From an uncultured Methylophilaceae bacterium (GTDB lineage Bacteria > Pseudomonadota > Gammaproteobacteria > Burkholderiales > Methylophilaceae): a DNA stretch of 64,000 nt. Positions 33,336-43,838 of this stretch are shown here, piece after piece. The notes beneath the pieces are model-generated. The model worked only from the letters and a program-made list of their open reading frames with translations. It was not told the origin of the DNA and searched no databases. Location: positions 3,282-67,281 of the forward strand of contig CAJQTF010000001.1 in the NCBI GenBank assembly GCA_905618945.1. Reading direction: 5' to 3'. The stretch's first letter is position 1. The number at the start of each line of letters is the position of its first letter. The position numbers and the translations under genes were made by a program.

Positions 33336-34553
33336 ATCTCTATTCAATAACTTTTACCACCACACCAGAGCCAACGGTTCTTCCGCCTTCACGAATAGCA
33401 AATCGCAAACCTTCTTCCATAGCAATTGGGGCAATTAGTGTTCCAGTAATTGATACGTTATCTCCTGGCATTACCATTTCTGTTCCTTCTGGCAATTCAA
33501 CTGCACCAGTTACATCTGTTGTTCTAAAGTAAAATTGTGGGCGATATCCATTAAAGAATGGAGTATGTCTTCCACCTTCGTCCTTACTTAAACAATAAAT
33601 TTCTGCTGTGAATTTAGTATGTGGCTTTATTGAGCCTGGTTTACATAAAACCTGCCCACGCTCCACATCCTCACGAGCTGTTCCACGAAGTAACACACCT
33701 ACGTTATCTCCTGCTTGACCTTGATCAAGTAATTTACGGAACATTTCAACACCTGTACAAATTGTTTTTACCGTATCTTTTAAACCAACAATTTCAATTT
33801 CTTCATTAATTTTCACAACCCCACGTTCAACACGCCCAGTCACTACAGTGCCTCGGCCTGAGATCGAGAACACATCTTCTACTGGCATTAAAAATGCACC
33901 ATCAATTGCTCTTACTGGTTCTGGGAAATAGCTATCTAACGCTTCAGCCAATTTAAGAATTGCTGGCTCACCTATATCTGACTGGTCACCTTCTAATGCT
34001 TTAGTAGCAGAACCCATGATGATAGGAATATCATCCCCAGGGAAATCGTATTTACTAAGCAGTTCACGTACTTCCATCTCAACTAACTCAAGTAGCTCTT
34101 TATCATCTACCATATCGGCTTTATTCAAGAACACAACAATATGAGGCACACCCACTTGCCTTGCAAGTAGAATATGTTCGCGTGTTTGTGGCATTGGTCC
34201 GTCAGCGGCAGAACACACAAGTATTGCACCGTCCATTTGAGCGGCACCGGTAATCATATTCTTTACATAATCAGCATGGCCTGGACAGTCAACGTGAGCG
34301 TAATGGCGTTTATCTGTTTCATATTCAACGTGTGAAGTATTAATTGTTATACCACGTGCTTTTTCTTCTGGAGCTGAATCAATTTCAGCAAAGTTTTTTG
34401 CATCGCCACCGAACTTTTTAGTTAGTACAGTTGAGATTGCAGCTGTTAGTGTAGTTTTCCCATGATCAACGTGACCAATAGTGCCAACGTTAACATGTGG
34501 TTTGGTACGCTCAAATTTACCTTTAGCCATAATATATTGTCCTTAAAATTACT
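33336..34553. repeat. About 1.2-kb direct repeat of 16939..18156 (tuf plus flanks)
   Basis: Identical protein and shadow ORF; identity extends 23 bp upstream and 4 bp downstream of the CDS. Confidence 0.9.
33340..34530 (-). CDS. tuf: Elongation factor Tu (tRNA-operon copy)
   Basis: Protein identical to 16943..18133. Confidence 0.99.
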   Translation of the reverse strand: MAKGKFERTKPHVNVGTIGHVDHGKTTLTAAISTVLTKKFGGDAKNFAEIDSAPEEKARGITINTSHVEYETDKRHYAHVDCPGHADYVKNMITGAAQMDGAILVCSAADGPMPQTREHILLARQVGVPHIVVFLNKADMVDDKELLELVEMEVRELLSKYDFPGDDIPIIMGSATKALEGDQSDIGEPAILKLAEALDSYFPEPVRAIDGAFLMPVEDVFSISGRGTVVTGRVERGVVKINEEIEIVGLKDTVKTICTGVEMFRKLLDQGQAGDNVGVLLRGTAREDVERGQVLCKPGSIKPHTKFTAEIYCLSKDEGGRHTPFFNGYRPQFYFRTTDVTGAVELPEGTEMVMPGDNVSITGTLIAPIAMEEGLRFAIREGGRTVGSGVVVKVIE

Positions 34554-34573
34554 TTCTTTATAAAAAAATTAAC

Positions 34574-34648
<75 letters not shown>

Positions 34649-34667
34649 TAATCCAAATAATAGAATC

Positions 34668-34743
34668 TGGAGCGGGCGACGAGGTTCGAACTCGCGACAT
34701 TTAGTTTGGAAAACTAATGCTCTACCAACTGAGCTACACCCGC
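34668..34743 (-). tRNA. tRNA-Gly (TCC)
   Basis: GCGGGTGTAGCTCAGTTGGTAGAG, anticodon arm TTAGT-TTTCCAA-ACTAA, ends CCCGCTCCA. Confidence 0.96.
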
Positions 34744-34782
34744 ATACCCATACTAAACCCCACTTATAGCAGTAAAAGCTTA

Positions 34783-34867
34783 TGGTGGAGGGAGAAGGAT
34801 TCGAACCTTCGTACTCAGAGAGAACGGATTTACAGTCCGTCGCCTTTAACCACTCGGCCACCCCTCC
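34783..34867 (-). tRNA. tRNA-Tyr (GTA)
   Basis: GGAGGGGTGGCCGAGTGGTTAAAGGC...ACTGTAAAT, long variable arm, ends CCACCA, 85 nt. Confidence 0.97.
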
Positions 34868-34881
34868 AGACCGAACCCGAA

Positions 34882-34910
34882 ATTATGTGGGATTCCAATA
34901 CTTTTGTCAA
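34882..34910 (-). promoter_or_regulatory. sigma70 promoter between tRNA-Thr(TGT) and tRNA-Tyr
   Basis: TTGACA-17 bp-CATAAT, with an A/T-rich UP-like tract upstream. Confidence 0.75.
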
Positions 34911-34940
34911 TAAAAATATAAGGGTTCTGCTTGAGTTGTT

Positions 34941-35016
34941 TGGTGCCCTCTGTCGGATTCGAACTGACGACCTACGCATTACAAGTGCGTTGCTCTACCA
35001 ACTGAGCTAAGAGGGC
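34941..35016 (-). tRNA. tRNA-Thr (TGT)
   Basis: GCCCTCTTAGCTCAGTTGGTAGAG...CTTGTAAT...GTTCGAAT...GAGGGCACCA, 76 nt. Confidence 0.97.
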
Positions 35017-35072
35017 ATATCTTAAAAAACGTAACTATATCAATTTTTTTTCTTTGGAACCAGTTTTAATAT

Positions 35073-35453
35073 TTATTTTACTAAGCTTAAATAAGGTTGT
35101 TTAGTTTTTTTTCCTATATTTTTTATGTCTTTTTGAGTCATATTTTTATTAACTTCAAAAAATAAACCTTCGCCATTTTCCTTACTATAAATGCCTGATA
35201 TTGATTCCATAGGAAGAAAGATATCTTGATTTTTTCCATTAAAACGTGCTGAAAAAGATATAAAATCATTATCAAAAATTAATTTATTTGTAGATTCTAA
35301 TGATAAATTTAAAACAATCTCGTTAGATTTAATATGATTTACTGGAACTTTTACTCCAGAAATAATTTTAGCCACTACGTAAGGAGTAAATTTTGAATCT
35401 GTGCACCAATCATAAATACTCCTAATCAGATAAGGCTTAGTGCTTAAGACCAT
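35073..35453 (-). CDS. sspB: ClpXP adaptor SspB
   Basis: STKPYLIRSIYDWC.D..FTPY, FSARFNG, C-terminal YLSLVK (XB-like). Confidence 0.95.
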   Translation of the reverse strand: MVLSTKPYLIRSIYDWCTDSKFTPYVVAKIISGVKVPVNHIKSNEIVLNLSLESTNKLIFDNDFISFSARFNGKNQDIFLPMESISGIYSKENGEGLFFEVNKNMTQKDIKNIGKKTKQPYLSLVK

Positions 35454-35454
35454 T

Positions 35455-36060
35455 TTAAATGCCGGGCCTCATAGCTTTTTCTGCAGGTGACATGGCTTCT
35501 TCAAACAGTGGCCTTGAGAATATTTTATCTGCATATTTAAGTAAAGCTTTACATTGATTTCCTAATTTAATGTCGTAATGATCTAATCTCCATAATAATG
35601 GAGCCATTGCAACGTCTAGCATGGAGTATTCATCATGTAACAAAAATTCTTGCTTATCTAGTATTGGATTTAACTGAATCAAAGTGTTGGTTACGACCTT
35701 TCTTGCATTTTCCTGGACTTTAGATTCTTTAGCTTCAATATTTTTCATATGAATGAATAACTCATTTTCCATATCTTTTAAGAATAATCTTGCTCTAGCA
35801 CGCATTACAGGATCGGGCGGCATTAATTGAGGGTGTGGAAATCTTTCATCAATATATTCATTTATTATATTTGGGTCTGTCAAAACTAAATCTCTCTCTT
35901 CTAAAACAGGATAATCTGAATACGGACTCAATATAGATAAATCTTCAGGCTTATTATTTAAATCAACATCGATAACTTCGAAATCCATTCCTTTTTCAAA
36001 TAATACTATTCGACATCTATGGCTAAATGGATCTATCGAGTTTGAGTAAAGTTTCATCAT
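35455..36060 (-). CDS. sspA: Stringent starvation protein A (GST fold)
   Basis: SHRCRIVLFEKG, INEYIDERFPHPQLMP, APLLWRL. Confidence 0.96.
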   Translation of the reverse strand: MMKLYSNSIDPFSHRCRIVLFEKGMDFEVIDVDLNNKPEDLSILSPYSDYPVLEERDLVLTDPNIINEYIDERFPHPQLMPPDPVMRARARLFLKDMENELFIHMKNIEAKESKVQENARKVVTNTLIQLNPILDKQEFLLHDEYSMLDVAMAPLLWRLDHYDIKLGNQCKALLKYADKIFSRPLFEEAMSPAEKAMRPGI

Positions 36061-36062
36061 AA

Positions 36063-36761
36063 TTATTTAATATCCTTCCAAAATTCTTTCTTAAGTTTAA
36101 TTGTTAAAACAAGAAGTAAAAGTAAAAAACCAACAACGTAGAATCCCATTTTTTTTCTTTTTAACTGCCCAGGTTCTGACATGTAAGTTATAAAATTCGT
36201 CAAATCCGTAATCACCGAATCATACTCTTTTTCATTTAATTTTCCAGCCTTGATTAAACTAAGCTTACCTGTTTTTTGGTCTAGCTCTTTCTCTCCTTGT
36301 AGCTCCCACAAAATATGTGGCATAGCAGAATTAACATAAACTATATTATTCCATCCTATTTCTCTTGAGCTGTCACGATAAAATCCCTTCATGTAACTAT
36401 AAATCCAATCCGACCCTCTAGACCTTGCCACAACAGATAGGTCAGGCGGTGCTGCCCCAAACCATTTTTTTGATTCTGCCACTGGCATAGATATTTCCAT
36501 AGGATCGCCTATTTTCTTGCCAGTAAATAGTAAATTGTCTTTAATGTCTTTTTTTGAAAGACCGATATCTAGAAGCTTGTTATAGCGCATATATTTCGCA
36601 CTATGACAATTCAAACAATAGTTAATAAATGTTCTAGCGCCCTTTTGCAAAGATGGTTGGTCTGATAAATCTATAGGAGCCTTCTCAAGATAAATATCTT
36701 CACTCGCAAAAATAAATGGTGATTGTATTAATATAAAAATTAGAATTATTATACTTTTCAT
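36063..36761 (-). CDS. petC: Cytochrome c1
   Basis: NYCLNCHS heme motif, WFGAAPPDLS, AMPH, C-terminal TM. Confidence 0.96.
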   Translation of the reverse strand: MKSIIILIFILIQSPFIFASEDIYLEKAPIDLSDQPSLQKGARTFINYCLNCHSAKYMRYNKLLDIGLSKKDIKDNLLFTGKKIGDPMEISMPVAESKKWFGAAPPDLSVVARSRGSDWIYSYMKGFYRDSSREIGWNNIVYVNSAMPHILWELQGEKELDQKTGKLSLIKAGKLNEKEYDSVITDLTNFITYMSEPGQLKRKKMGFYVVGFLLLLLVLTIKLKKEFWKDIK

Positions 36762-38059
36762 TTCATTGTCACCCTTGTTGGAACAGGTTTTGTTATACTT
36801 TTTTTACTATATATAGGCATTAAAATAAAGAATGAAAAATAAATAATTGTGAAAATTCTAGCAGCTACTGTGGCTACATCACTTCCTCCAAGAAGGGGAA
36901 GAATCATCGGAAATTGGCCCCAAATAGTAGAAGGAACAGTACCTAAATATCCCAAAATAATAAAGCTAACAACAAAGGCTCCTAACCATTTTTTATAAAG
37001 AATGCCTTTATAACGAATAGATCGGACAGGGCTTTTATCCAGCCAAGGCACAAAAGCAAAAATTAATACTGATAAACCCATTGCAGCGACCCCCGGGAAC
37101 TGACTATTTAAGATTGGTGGTACAGCTCTTAAAATAGAATAGAAAGGAGTAAAGTACCATACAGGAGCAATATGTGAAGGCGTCACTAATGGGTCAGCAG
37201 GCACAAAATTATTTGCCTCTAAAAAATACCCACCCATCTCTGGAGCAAAAAATATAATTGATGCAAATACTATTAAAAATACCGTTAACCCAATCAAATC
37301 TTTCACAGTATAGTAAGGATGGAAAGGTATTCCATCAAGTGGTATACCTGTTTTTTTATCTTTATAATTTTTAATTTCAACACCATCAGGATTATTTGAA
37401 CCAACTTCATGAAGTGCAATTAAATGAGTCAAGATTAGCCCCGCAAGCGCTAATGGCAGAGCAATAACATGAAATGCAAAAAATCGATTTAAAGTCGCGT
37501 CTGAAATTAAATAATCTCCTCGCACCCATTCAGCCAAGTCAGGCCCTATAAATGGAACAGCAGCAAAAAGATTTACAATTACCTGAGCCCCCCAATATGA
37601 CATTTGACCCCATGGTAATAAATAACCAAAAAATGCTTCAGCCATCAAAGCAAGAAAGATTGCCACACCAAAAATCCATAGTAATTCACGTGGTTTTTGA
37701 TAGGAGCCATACATCAAACTTTTAAACATGTGAAGGTAAATGACAACGAAAAACAAAGATGAGCCAGTTGAATGCATATAACGAATCAACCATCCAAAAG
37801 AAACATCTCTCATAATATACTCAACTGATGCAAAGGCTTGTGCTGCGTCAGGTTTGTAATGCATGGTAAGAAAAATACCTGTCAAGATTTGCATAACAAA
37901 AACAAAAAGAGCAAGCGCCCCAAATAAATACCAAAAATTAAAATTCTTAGGTGCGTAATATTCTGTTAAATGATTTTTTATAAAAGAAGAAAGGGGAAAT
38001 CTTTCATCAATCCAACCAATAAAGCCAGCTGAATCTTGGCTGTCAATTTTTTTAGCCAT
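36758..38059 (-). CDS. petB: Cytochrome b
   Basis: RYMHSTG, GYLLPWGQMSYWG, HIAPVWYF (PEWY-equivalent PVWY). Confidence 0.98.
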   Translation of the reverse strand: MAKKIDSQDSAGFIGWIDERFPLSSFIKNHLTEYYAPKNFNFWYLFGALALFVFVMQILTGIFLTMHYKPDAAQAFASVEYIMRDVSFGWLIRYMHSTGSSLFFVVIYLHMFKSLMYGSYQKPRELLWIFGVAIFLALMAEAFFGYLLPWGQMSYWGAQVIVNLFAAVPFIGPDLAEWVRGDYLISDATLNRFFAFHVIALPLALAGLILTHLIALHEVGSNNPDGVEIKNYKDKKTGIPLDGIPFHPYYTVKDLIGLTVFLIVFASIIFFAPEMGGYFLEANNFVPADPLVTPSHIAPVWYFTPFYSILRAVPPILNSQFPGVAAMGLSVLIFAFVPWLDKSPVRSIRYKGILYKKWLGAFVVSFIILGYLGTVPSTIWGQFPMILPLLGGSDVATVAARIFTIIYFSFFILMPIYSKKSITKPVPTRVTMK

Positions 38060-38662
38060 TTATGCTTTTTCCTTAGTGTCTTCACCAAGAATAATAATAT
38101 TCTCGTCGAGATATTTATGAGGAGGAACAACAAGATTTGTTGGTGCAGGAGATCCTTTAAACACTCTACCAGCTAAGTCAAATTTAGATCCGTGGCAGGG
38201 ACAAAAGAAACCACCTTCCCAATTTTCACCCATATCACCTTTTGGTGAAAGCCTTGGTGATGGCGCACACCCAAGATGAGTGCATATGCCTACAATAACT
38301 AATATATTTGGCTTTATCGAACGTGTTTTGTTCTGACAGTATTTAGGCTGTTGAGATGAAACATTTAGGTTAGGGTCTGCTAATTTTTTTGGGTTACTCT
38401 TTAAAGATTTAATCATTTCATCTGATCGATTCAAAATCCAAACAGGCTGGCCCCTCCATTCTGTTGTTAAAACTTCTCCCGATGCAACTTGACTCACATC
38501 AACTTGCACTGAAGCTCCGGCTGCTTTTGCTTTTTCGCTTGGAAGCATGCTAGAGACAAAAGGGACGCCTAACGCAGTTGCCCCAATTGCACCAGTCACT
38601 GATGTTGCAGCAACTAGGAAACGTCTTCTATCGAGACTTACTTTTTTACTTTTATTTGCCAT
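38060..38662 (-). CDS. petA: Rieske Fe-S subunit of cytochrome bc1
   Basis: Tat signal RRRFL, CTHLGC and CPCHGS. Confidence 0.98.
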   Translation of the reverse strand: MANKSKKVSLDRRRFLVAATSVTGAIGATALGVPFVSSMLPSEKAKAAGASVQVDVSQVASGEVLTTEWRGQPVWILNRSDEMIKSLKSNPKKLADPNLNVSSQQPKYCQNKTRSIKPNILVIVGICTHLGCAPSPRLSPKGDMGENWEGGFFCPCHGSKFDLAGRVFKGSPAPTNLVVPPHKYLDENIIILGEDTKEKA

Positions 38663-38742
38663 TAAGGCCCTTATAGAATATTTCGGAAGTTAAAATTTTT
38701 TAAGCTCATCATTATATAAAATTACTGAATAAACTGATAGAC

Positions 38743-39465
38743 CTAATGTCTTTTAAATAGTTTATTTTTTGAAATAAATAGCCCTATTTCATATAAAAAT
38801 AAAATAGGTAAGGCTAATAAGACCTGAGAAATTATATCTGGTGGAGTAAAAATAGCGCCAAAAATAAATGCAGCTACAACAATATATGGCCTATTATTTT
38901 CAAGTGTTTTTATCTTAATCCAATTAAATTTTACAGCAGTAATTATTAATAACGGCACTTCAAAAGCTAATCCGAATGCCAAGAAAAGTGCAATTATCAT
39001 TTGTAAATAACTTGATATATCAATCATGAGTTCAACATCGTTAGGTGTGGAACTAACAAAGAAGTTAAATATAACGGGGAAAATTAAAAAATAAACAAAT
39101 AACGTGCCAGCAACAAATAAGATAAAGCCAAAAAACATACTCCAAAAAACAAATTGTTTTTCGTTTTTATATAGACCAGGAGAAATAAAATTCCAAATTT
39201 GTAAAAATATAAATGGTAATGAAATTATTAATGCGCTATATGCAGTTATTTTGAAAGGAACTATAAAAGTAGAAGTGAGTTTTGTAGAAATAACAGAGCC
39301 ATTTAATGAAGTTAATTGATCTAATAATGGCTGAGAGAAAAAATAATAAATTTCATTTGCAAATGGCATCATTGCTAAAAAAACAATGAGGTAGATAAAA
39401 AGAGATTTGATTAGAGTTGATCTTAATTCTAAAAAATGCCCGAAAAAAATATTCAATCTACTCAC
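38743..39465 (-). CDS. tatC: Twin-arginine translocase TatC
   Basis: HFLELR, FISPGLYKNE, AFEVP, TPPD..SQ. Confidence 0.96.
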   Translation of the reverse strand: MSRLNIFFGHFLELRSTLIKSLFIYLIVFLAMMPFANEIYYFFSQPLLDQLTSLNGSVISTKLTSTFIVPFKITAYSALIISLPFIFLQIWNFISPGLYKNEKQFVFWSMFFGFILFVAGTLFVYFLIFPVIFNFFVSSTPNDVELMIDISSYLQMIIALFLAFGLAFEVPLLIITAVKFNWIKIKTLENNRPYIVVAAFIFGAIFTPPDIISQVLLALPILFLYEIGLFISKNKLFKRH

Positions 39466-39468
39466 AAT

Positions 39469-39684
39469 TTATTTATATTTCTTTTTAATTTCTTTTTCAA
39501 TATTTTTTAATTCTTTGAATTTACTTTCTCGTTCTAATTCTTTCTTAATATCTGAAATAAAAATTTTAACTTTTTTTGTTATTTTTCCTGCCCCTCTTGC
39601 TAGCATGGGAATATTATTTGGTGACACAAATAATATTATCGATAAAAAAATTATAATTAATTCTGCGATTGAAATATCAAACAT
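39469..39684 (-). CDS. tatB: TatB (short, 71 aa)
   Basis: MFDISIAEL, TM and amphipathic helix; lies between tatA and tatC. Confidence 0.88.
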   Translation of the reverse strand: MFDISIAELIIIFLSIILFVSPNNIPMLARGAGKITKKVKIFISDIKKELERESKFKELKNIEKEIKKKYK

Positions 39685-39702
39685 AATTATTTTTTTATAG
39701 CT

Positions 39703-39870
39703 CTACTTCTTAGCTTTCTTTTTACTTACATTTTTTTTGGGGTTTCTCATACCTTCTTTAAAGCTTTTAACAGCTGATCCTAAATCCCCTCCTATGTTTC
39801 TAAGCTTTCCGGCACCAAAAACAATTAAAACTACTAATAAAATTAATAACCATTCTTTTATTCCAGGCAT
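39703..39870 (-). CDS. tatA: TatA (55 aa)
   Basis: Missed by the ORF track. Manual translation [55 protein letters not shown]. Confidence 0.95.
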   Translation of the reverse strand: MPGIKEWLLILLVVLIVFGAGKLRNIGGDLGSAVKSFKEGMRNPKKNVSKKKAKK

Positions 39871-39883
39871 TACTTTCTCCTAA

Positions 39884-40225
39884 TTACAATTTTGCTAATT
39901 TTTCACTTCCGCCATATACATGAAAGTGAATATGGAAAACCTCTTGTCCACCCTCTTTGCCAGAATTAATCATTGTCCGAAAACCCTTTAAACCAAATTC
40001 TTTAGCTAATTTTGGTGCTAATAATAACATCTTACTCAAAATATCTTGGTGATCTAAATTACACTCCATCAAATTCACAATATGCTCTCTTGGAATTATG
40101 AGAAAATGAACTTTATCAATTGGATTGATATCTTTGAATGCTAACATCTCTTCATCCTCATAAACGATGGTAGATGGTATTTTTTTTTGAGAAATCTTAC
40201 AGAAAATACAATTATCCATAGTCAT
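39884..40225 (-). CDS. Histidine triad (HIT) nucleotide-binding protein, HinT-like
   Basis: CIFCKI, GGQEVFHIHFH triad; TGATG overlap with hisE stop. Confidence 0.93.
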   Translation of the reverse strand: MTMDNCIFCKISQKKIPSTIVYEDEEMLAFKDINPIDKVHFLIIPREHIVNLMECNLDHQDILSKMLLLAPKLAKEFGLKGFRTMINSGKEGGQEVFHIHFHVYGGSEKLAKL

Positions 40226-40548
40226 CACTTTTTTACTCTATTATTTTTTTCCTCAATTCCTGAGGTTCCTTGTCTTTTTTTTAATTCGTTTGTAATGTCA
40301 TCCACAGTTAAATTCTTTTGTGATAACAAAACTAAGCAATGAAACCATAAATCTGCAATTTCATGCACTAGCTCTTTATTCCCTTCTGACTGTGCAGCAA
40401 TGATAGTTTCTTCAGCTTCCTCAGAAATCTTACTTAAAATTTCATTAAGTCCTTTTTGGTGAAGAAGCGCTGTATAAGAAATTTCAGGATCATCATTCTT
40501 TTTTGATTTAATAAGGCTTAATAAGCTCTCTAAATATTCATCTTTCAT
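40225..40548 (-). CDS. hisE: Phosphoribosyl-ATP pyrophosphatase
   Basis: SYTALL, KISEEAEE, EIADLWFH. Confidence 0.96.
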   Translation of the reverse strand: MKDEYLESLLSLIKSKKNDDPEISYTALLHQKGLNEILSKISEEAEETIIAAQSEGNKELVHEIADLWFHCLVLLSQKNLTVDDITNELKKRQGTSGIEEKNNRVKK

Positions 40549-40943
40549 TTTTTCCCCTTGTAAATATCTTTTGGATCTTTAATAACTTTTTCGCATTCTT
40601 CTATTTTATTCTTTTTCATATTAATTCGGTTATAAAAGCAGCTCTCTCGCCCAGTATGACAAGCTATTCCACCTTCTTGCTTTACTTTTATAAGTAAAAC
40701 ATCGTTGTCACAATCTAAATACATATCTTCTATATTTTGATAATGTCCTGACTCCTCTCCCTTAACCCAGACCTGCTTCCTTGAGCGAGACCAATAAATT
40801 GCCTTCCTTTGCTTTATTGACTCTTCAAGTGTTTCACGATTCATCCATGCAAACATAATTATCTTACTTGAGCTTGCATCCTGAACAATAATTGGTAATA
40901 ATCCATCCGAATCCCAACGCACATTATTTATCCAGTTACTCAT
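40545..40943 (-). CDS. hisI: Phosphoribosyl-AMP cyclohydrolase
   Basis: [28 protein letters not shown]. Confidence 0.97.
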   Translation of the reverse strand: MSNWINNVRWDSDGLLPIIVQDASSSKIIMFAWMNRETLEESIKQRKAIYWSRSRKQVWVKGEESGHYQNIEDMYLDCDNDVLLIKVKQEGGIACHTGRESCFYNRINMKKNKIEECEKVIKDPKDIYKGKK

Positions 40944-41698
40944 AGCCTCACCTCTATATTATTTTCTGCCATATATTGCTTTGCTTCTTGAATCGTAAAT
41001 TCCCCATAATGAAAAATACTTGCCGCGAGAACGGCATCAGCCTCTCCATCCTTAACTCCATCTACAAGATGCTGAAGAATCCCTACGCCGCCCGAAGCAA
41101 TAATCGGAACCTCAACAACATCAGAAATTAATTTCATTAATACATTATCAAACCCTTTTTTTGTTCCATCTCTATCCATGCTTGTAATAAGTAATTCTCC
41201 TGCTCCTAGCTTAGCCATTTTCTGTGCCCAACTTACAGCATTAATTCCTGTTGCATTCCGTCCTCCATGTGTAAAAACTTCCCAATGGTCACCAACTTTT
41301 TTTGCATCTATTGCAACCACAATAGCTTGTGATCCGAAGCGGCTTGTAGACTCAGCGACCAACTCCGGTTTTAAAATTGCTGACGTATTTATTCCAACCT
41401 TATCTGCTCCAGAATTTAAAAGATTTCTAATATCTTCACATGACCTGACTCCACCTCCAACTGTTAGCGGAATAAAAATTTGTTTTGCAACTTTCTCAAC
41501 AATATCAAACAAAAGACCTCTATTATCAGAGCTAGCAGTAATATCTAAAAAAGTTAATTCATCAGCTCCTTCTTCATTATATTTTTTAGCAATTTCTACT
41601 GGATCTCCTGCGTCTTTTAATTTAACAAAGTTAATTCCCTTAACAACTCTGCCGTCATTTACGTCAAGACATGGAATAATTCTTTTAGCGACACTCAT
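40940..41698 (-). CDS. hisF: Imidazole glycerol phosphate synthase cyclase subunit
   Basis: [27 protein letters not shown]. Confidence 0.98.
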   Translation of the reverse strand: MSVAKRIIPCLDVNDGRVVKGINFVKLKDAGDPVEIAKKYNEEGADELTFLDITASSDNRGLLFDIVEKVAKQIFIPLTVGGGVRSCEDIRNLLNSGADKVGINTSAILKPELVAESTSRFGSQAIVVAIDAKKVGDHWEVFTHGGRNATGINAVSWAQKMAKLGAGELLITSMDRDGTKKGFDNVLMKLISDVVEVPIIASGGVGILQHLVDGVKDGEADAVLAASIFHYGEFTIQEAKQYMAENNIEVRL

Positions 41699-41700
41699 AT

Positions 41701-42441
41701 TTATCCTGTTAAACGCTCAGCTAATTCCTGGGCTTCTTTAAAATCTAGGGTACCCTCATAAATAGCTGTGCCAGTTATAACCCCTCTAATGCCAATATTT
41801 GAAACATCACATAGCATTTTAATATCTTTTATACTTGAGACTCCTCCACTAGCAATTACAGGTATCTTTAAAGATTCTGATAATTTCACCGTTGCTTCAA
41901 TATTAACGCCCCCCATCATTCCATCTCGACCGATATCAGTATAAATAATCGACTCTACCCCGTACTCTTCGAATTTTTGAGCCAGATCAATCACATTGTG
42001 CCCTGTAAGTTTTGCCCAACCATTAATTGCGACATCCCCATCTTTTGCATCCAAGCCAACTATAATTTGACCAGGAAATGCATAACATGCCTCGTGTAAA
42101 AATCCGGGATTAGTAACAGCAGCTGTTCCTATAATTACCGAATCGACACCACTGTTTAAAAAATTCTCAACAGTATCTAAATTTCTAATACCCCCACCCA
42201 ATTGAATTGGGATCTCACTACCAACTTCCGATACAATCAACCTAATCGCCTCATTATTAACTGGCTTTCCTGCAAAAGCACCATCAAGATCGACCAAATG
42301 CAATCTTTTTGCTCCAAGATTTACCCATTTCCTTGCCATTTCGGCTGGGTTTTCAGAAAAAATAGTTGATTGGTCCATCAACCCTTGTTTCAATCTGACG
42401 CATTTACCTTCTTTAAGATCTATTGCTGGGATAATTATCAT
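41701..42441 (-). CDS. hisA: ProFAR isomerase
   Basis: [33 protein letters not shown]. Confidence 0.98.
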   Translation of the reverse strand: MIIIPAIDLKEGKCVRLKQGLMDQSTIFSENPAEMARKWVNLGAKRLHLVDLDGAFAGKPVNNEAIRLIVSEVGSEIPIQLGGGIRNLDTVENFLNSGVDSVIIGTAAVTNPGFLHEACYAFPGQIIVGLDAKDGDVAINGWAKLTGHNVIDLAQKFEEYGVESIIYTDIGRDGMMGGVNIEATVKLSESLKIPVIASGGVSSIKDIKMLCDVSNIGIRGVITGTAIYEGTLDFKEAQELAERLTG

Positions 42442-42450
42442 AATTTAAAA

Positions 42451-43068
42451 TTAAATATTCCAAGAAATAAAATTTTTCAATAACTGCAAGCCTAACTCTG
42501 AACTTTTCTCTGGATGAAATTGCACTGCAAAAATATTATCTTTGGCAATTGCGCACGTAAATTTTTCTCCGTGACTTGAGGTTGCCATTTCTAAGTTTTT
42601 ATTAGTAACCTCAGCATAGAAACTGTGCACAAAATAAAACCTACTATCTGAATCTATTTTGTTCCACATTGGATGTGTATTGGATAGATGAACTTTGTTC
42701 CAGCCCATATGGGGAATTTTTATTCTTTCATTTTTATTTAATTGGAAACGTTTTACTGCTCCAGGAAGTAAGCCAAATCCATTCACGCCTCCCTCTTCAC
42801 TTGTTTCAAAGAGCATTTGGAGGCCTAAACAAATACCTAAAAAAGGTTTTTGTTTTGCGGCTTCAATTACTGATTCTTTAAGGCCTCTTTTTTCTAGCTG
42901 TAAAATACAATCGGGCATCGCCCCTTGCCCAGGAAAAATAACTCTATCTGCCTTAGCAACAATATCTGGATCACTAGTAACAATTGATTTAGTTTGAGGT
43001 GATATGAAACTGACAGCATTATGGACTGATTTTAAGTTACCTATTCCATAATCGATAATTGCAATCAT
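42451..43068 (-). CDS. hisH: Imidazole glycerol phosphate synthase glutaminase subunit
   Basis: GICLGLQ, PHMGWN, QFHPEKS. Confidence 0.98.
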   Translation of the reverse strand: MIAIIDYGIGNLKSVHNAVSFISPQTKSIVTSDPDIVAKADRVIFPGQGAMPDCILQLEKRGLKESVIEAAKQKPFLGICLGLQMLFETSEEGGVNGFGLLPGAVKRFQLNKNERIKIPHMGWNKVHLSNTHPMWNKIDSDSRFYFVHSFYAEVTNKNLEMATSSHGEKFTCAIAKDNIFAVQFHPEKSSELGLQLLKNFISWNI

Positions 43069-43094
43069 AAATTGAATTTAAAAAAATTTATAAA

Positions 43095-43685
43095 TTAAAG
43101 AGAGCCTTTGGTTGATGGCATAACGCCTTTTATTTTCTCATCTAATTCTACCGCGACCCTTAAAGCCCTACCAAAAGCCTTAAAGATGGTTTCAGCTTGA
43201 TGATGAGAGTTCTCACCTTTTATGTTATCAATGTGTAATGTAATGTTTGCATGATTAACAAATCCTTGAAAAAACTCATAAATCAAATCCACATCAAATT
43301 CGCCTACTCTAGACCTGGTGAATTCTACATTTAGCTCTAGGCCAGGTCTACCGGATATATCCAGCACAACCCTAGATAATGCTTCATCTAAAGGAACGTA
43401 AGCATGACCGTAGCGACGAATACCTAATTTATCCCCTATAGCCTTATCAAAAGCTTGGCCTAAAGTAATACCAATATCTTCGACAGTATGGTGCGCGTCA
43501 ATATGAAGATCGCCTTGCGCTTTAATCGTTAAATCAAATAAACCATGCCTTGAAATTTGTTCAAGCATATGATCTAAAAAGCCAATACCGGTATCTAAGT
43601 CAGATGCTCCATTGCCATCGATATTAATTTCTACATTAATATCAGTTTCTTTAGTTTTTCTTGAGACTTTTGCTGTTCGTTTCAT
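43095..43685 (-). CDS. hisB: Imidazoleglycerol-phosphate dehydratase
   Basis: [24 protein letters not shown]; homology begins at MKRTA (43685), although the frame is open 46 codons further upstream. Confidence 0.96.
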   Translation of the reverse strand: MKRTAKVSRKTKETDINVEINIDGNGASDLDTGIGFLDHMLEQISRHGLFDLTIKAQGDLHIDAHHTVEDIGITLGQAFDKAIGDKLGIRRYGHAYVPLDEALSRVVLDISGRPGLELNVEFTRSRVGEFDVDLIYEFFQGFVNHANITLHIDNIKGENSHHQAETIFKAFGRALRVAVELDEKIKGVMPSTKGSL

Positions 43686-43838
43686 AGGCGTAATTTTATC
43701 ATGAGTTTGACTAATTTGATCTTCTACAACGTTCTGAACAATATTTGACTTCATTCCAAACTTTTTCCCATTTCTTTCTCCAAGTAAAAGATTTTTTACA
43801 TACTTTGCATAACTTTGAATCAAGGTGCTCTTTTTTAA

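Noticed and set aside
41178-41741. 187-aa plus-strand ORF and similar shadows (619..948, 19425..19775, 24597..25004, 47377..47733, 59397..59810 and others)
   Set aside because: They are antisense shadows of well-conserved genes with no recognisable motifs or RBS.
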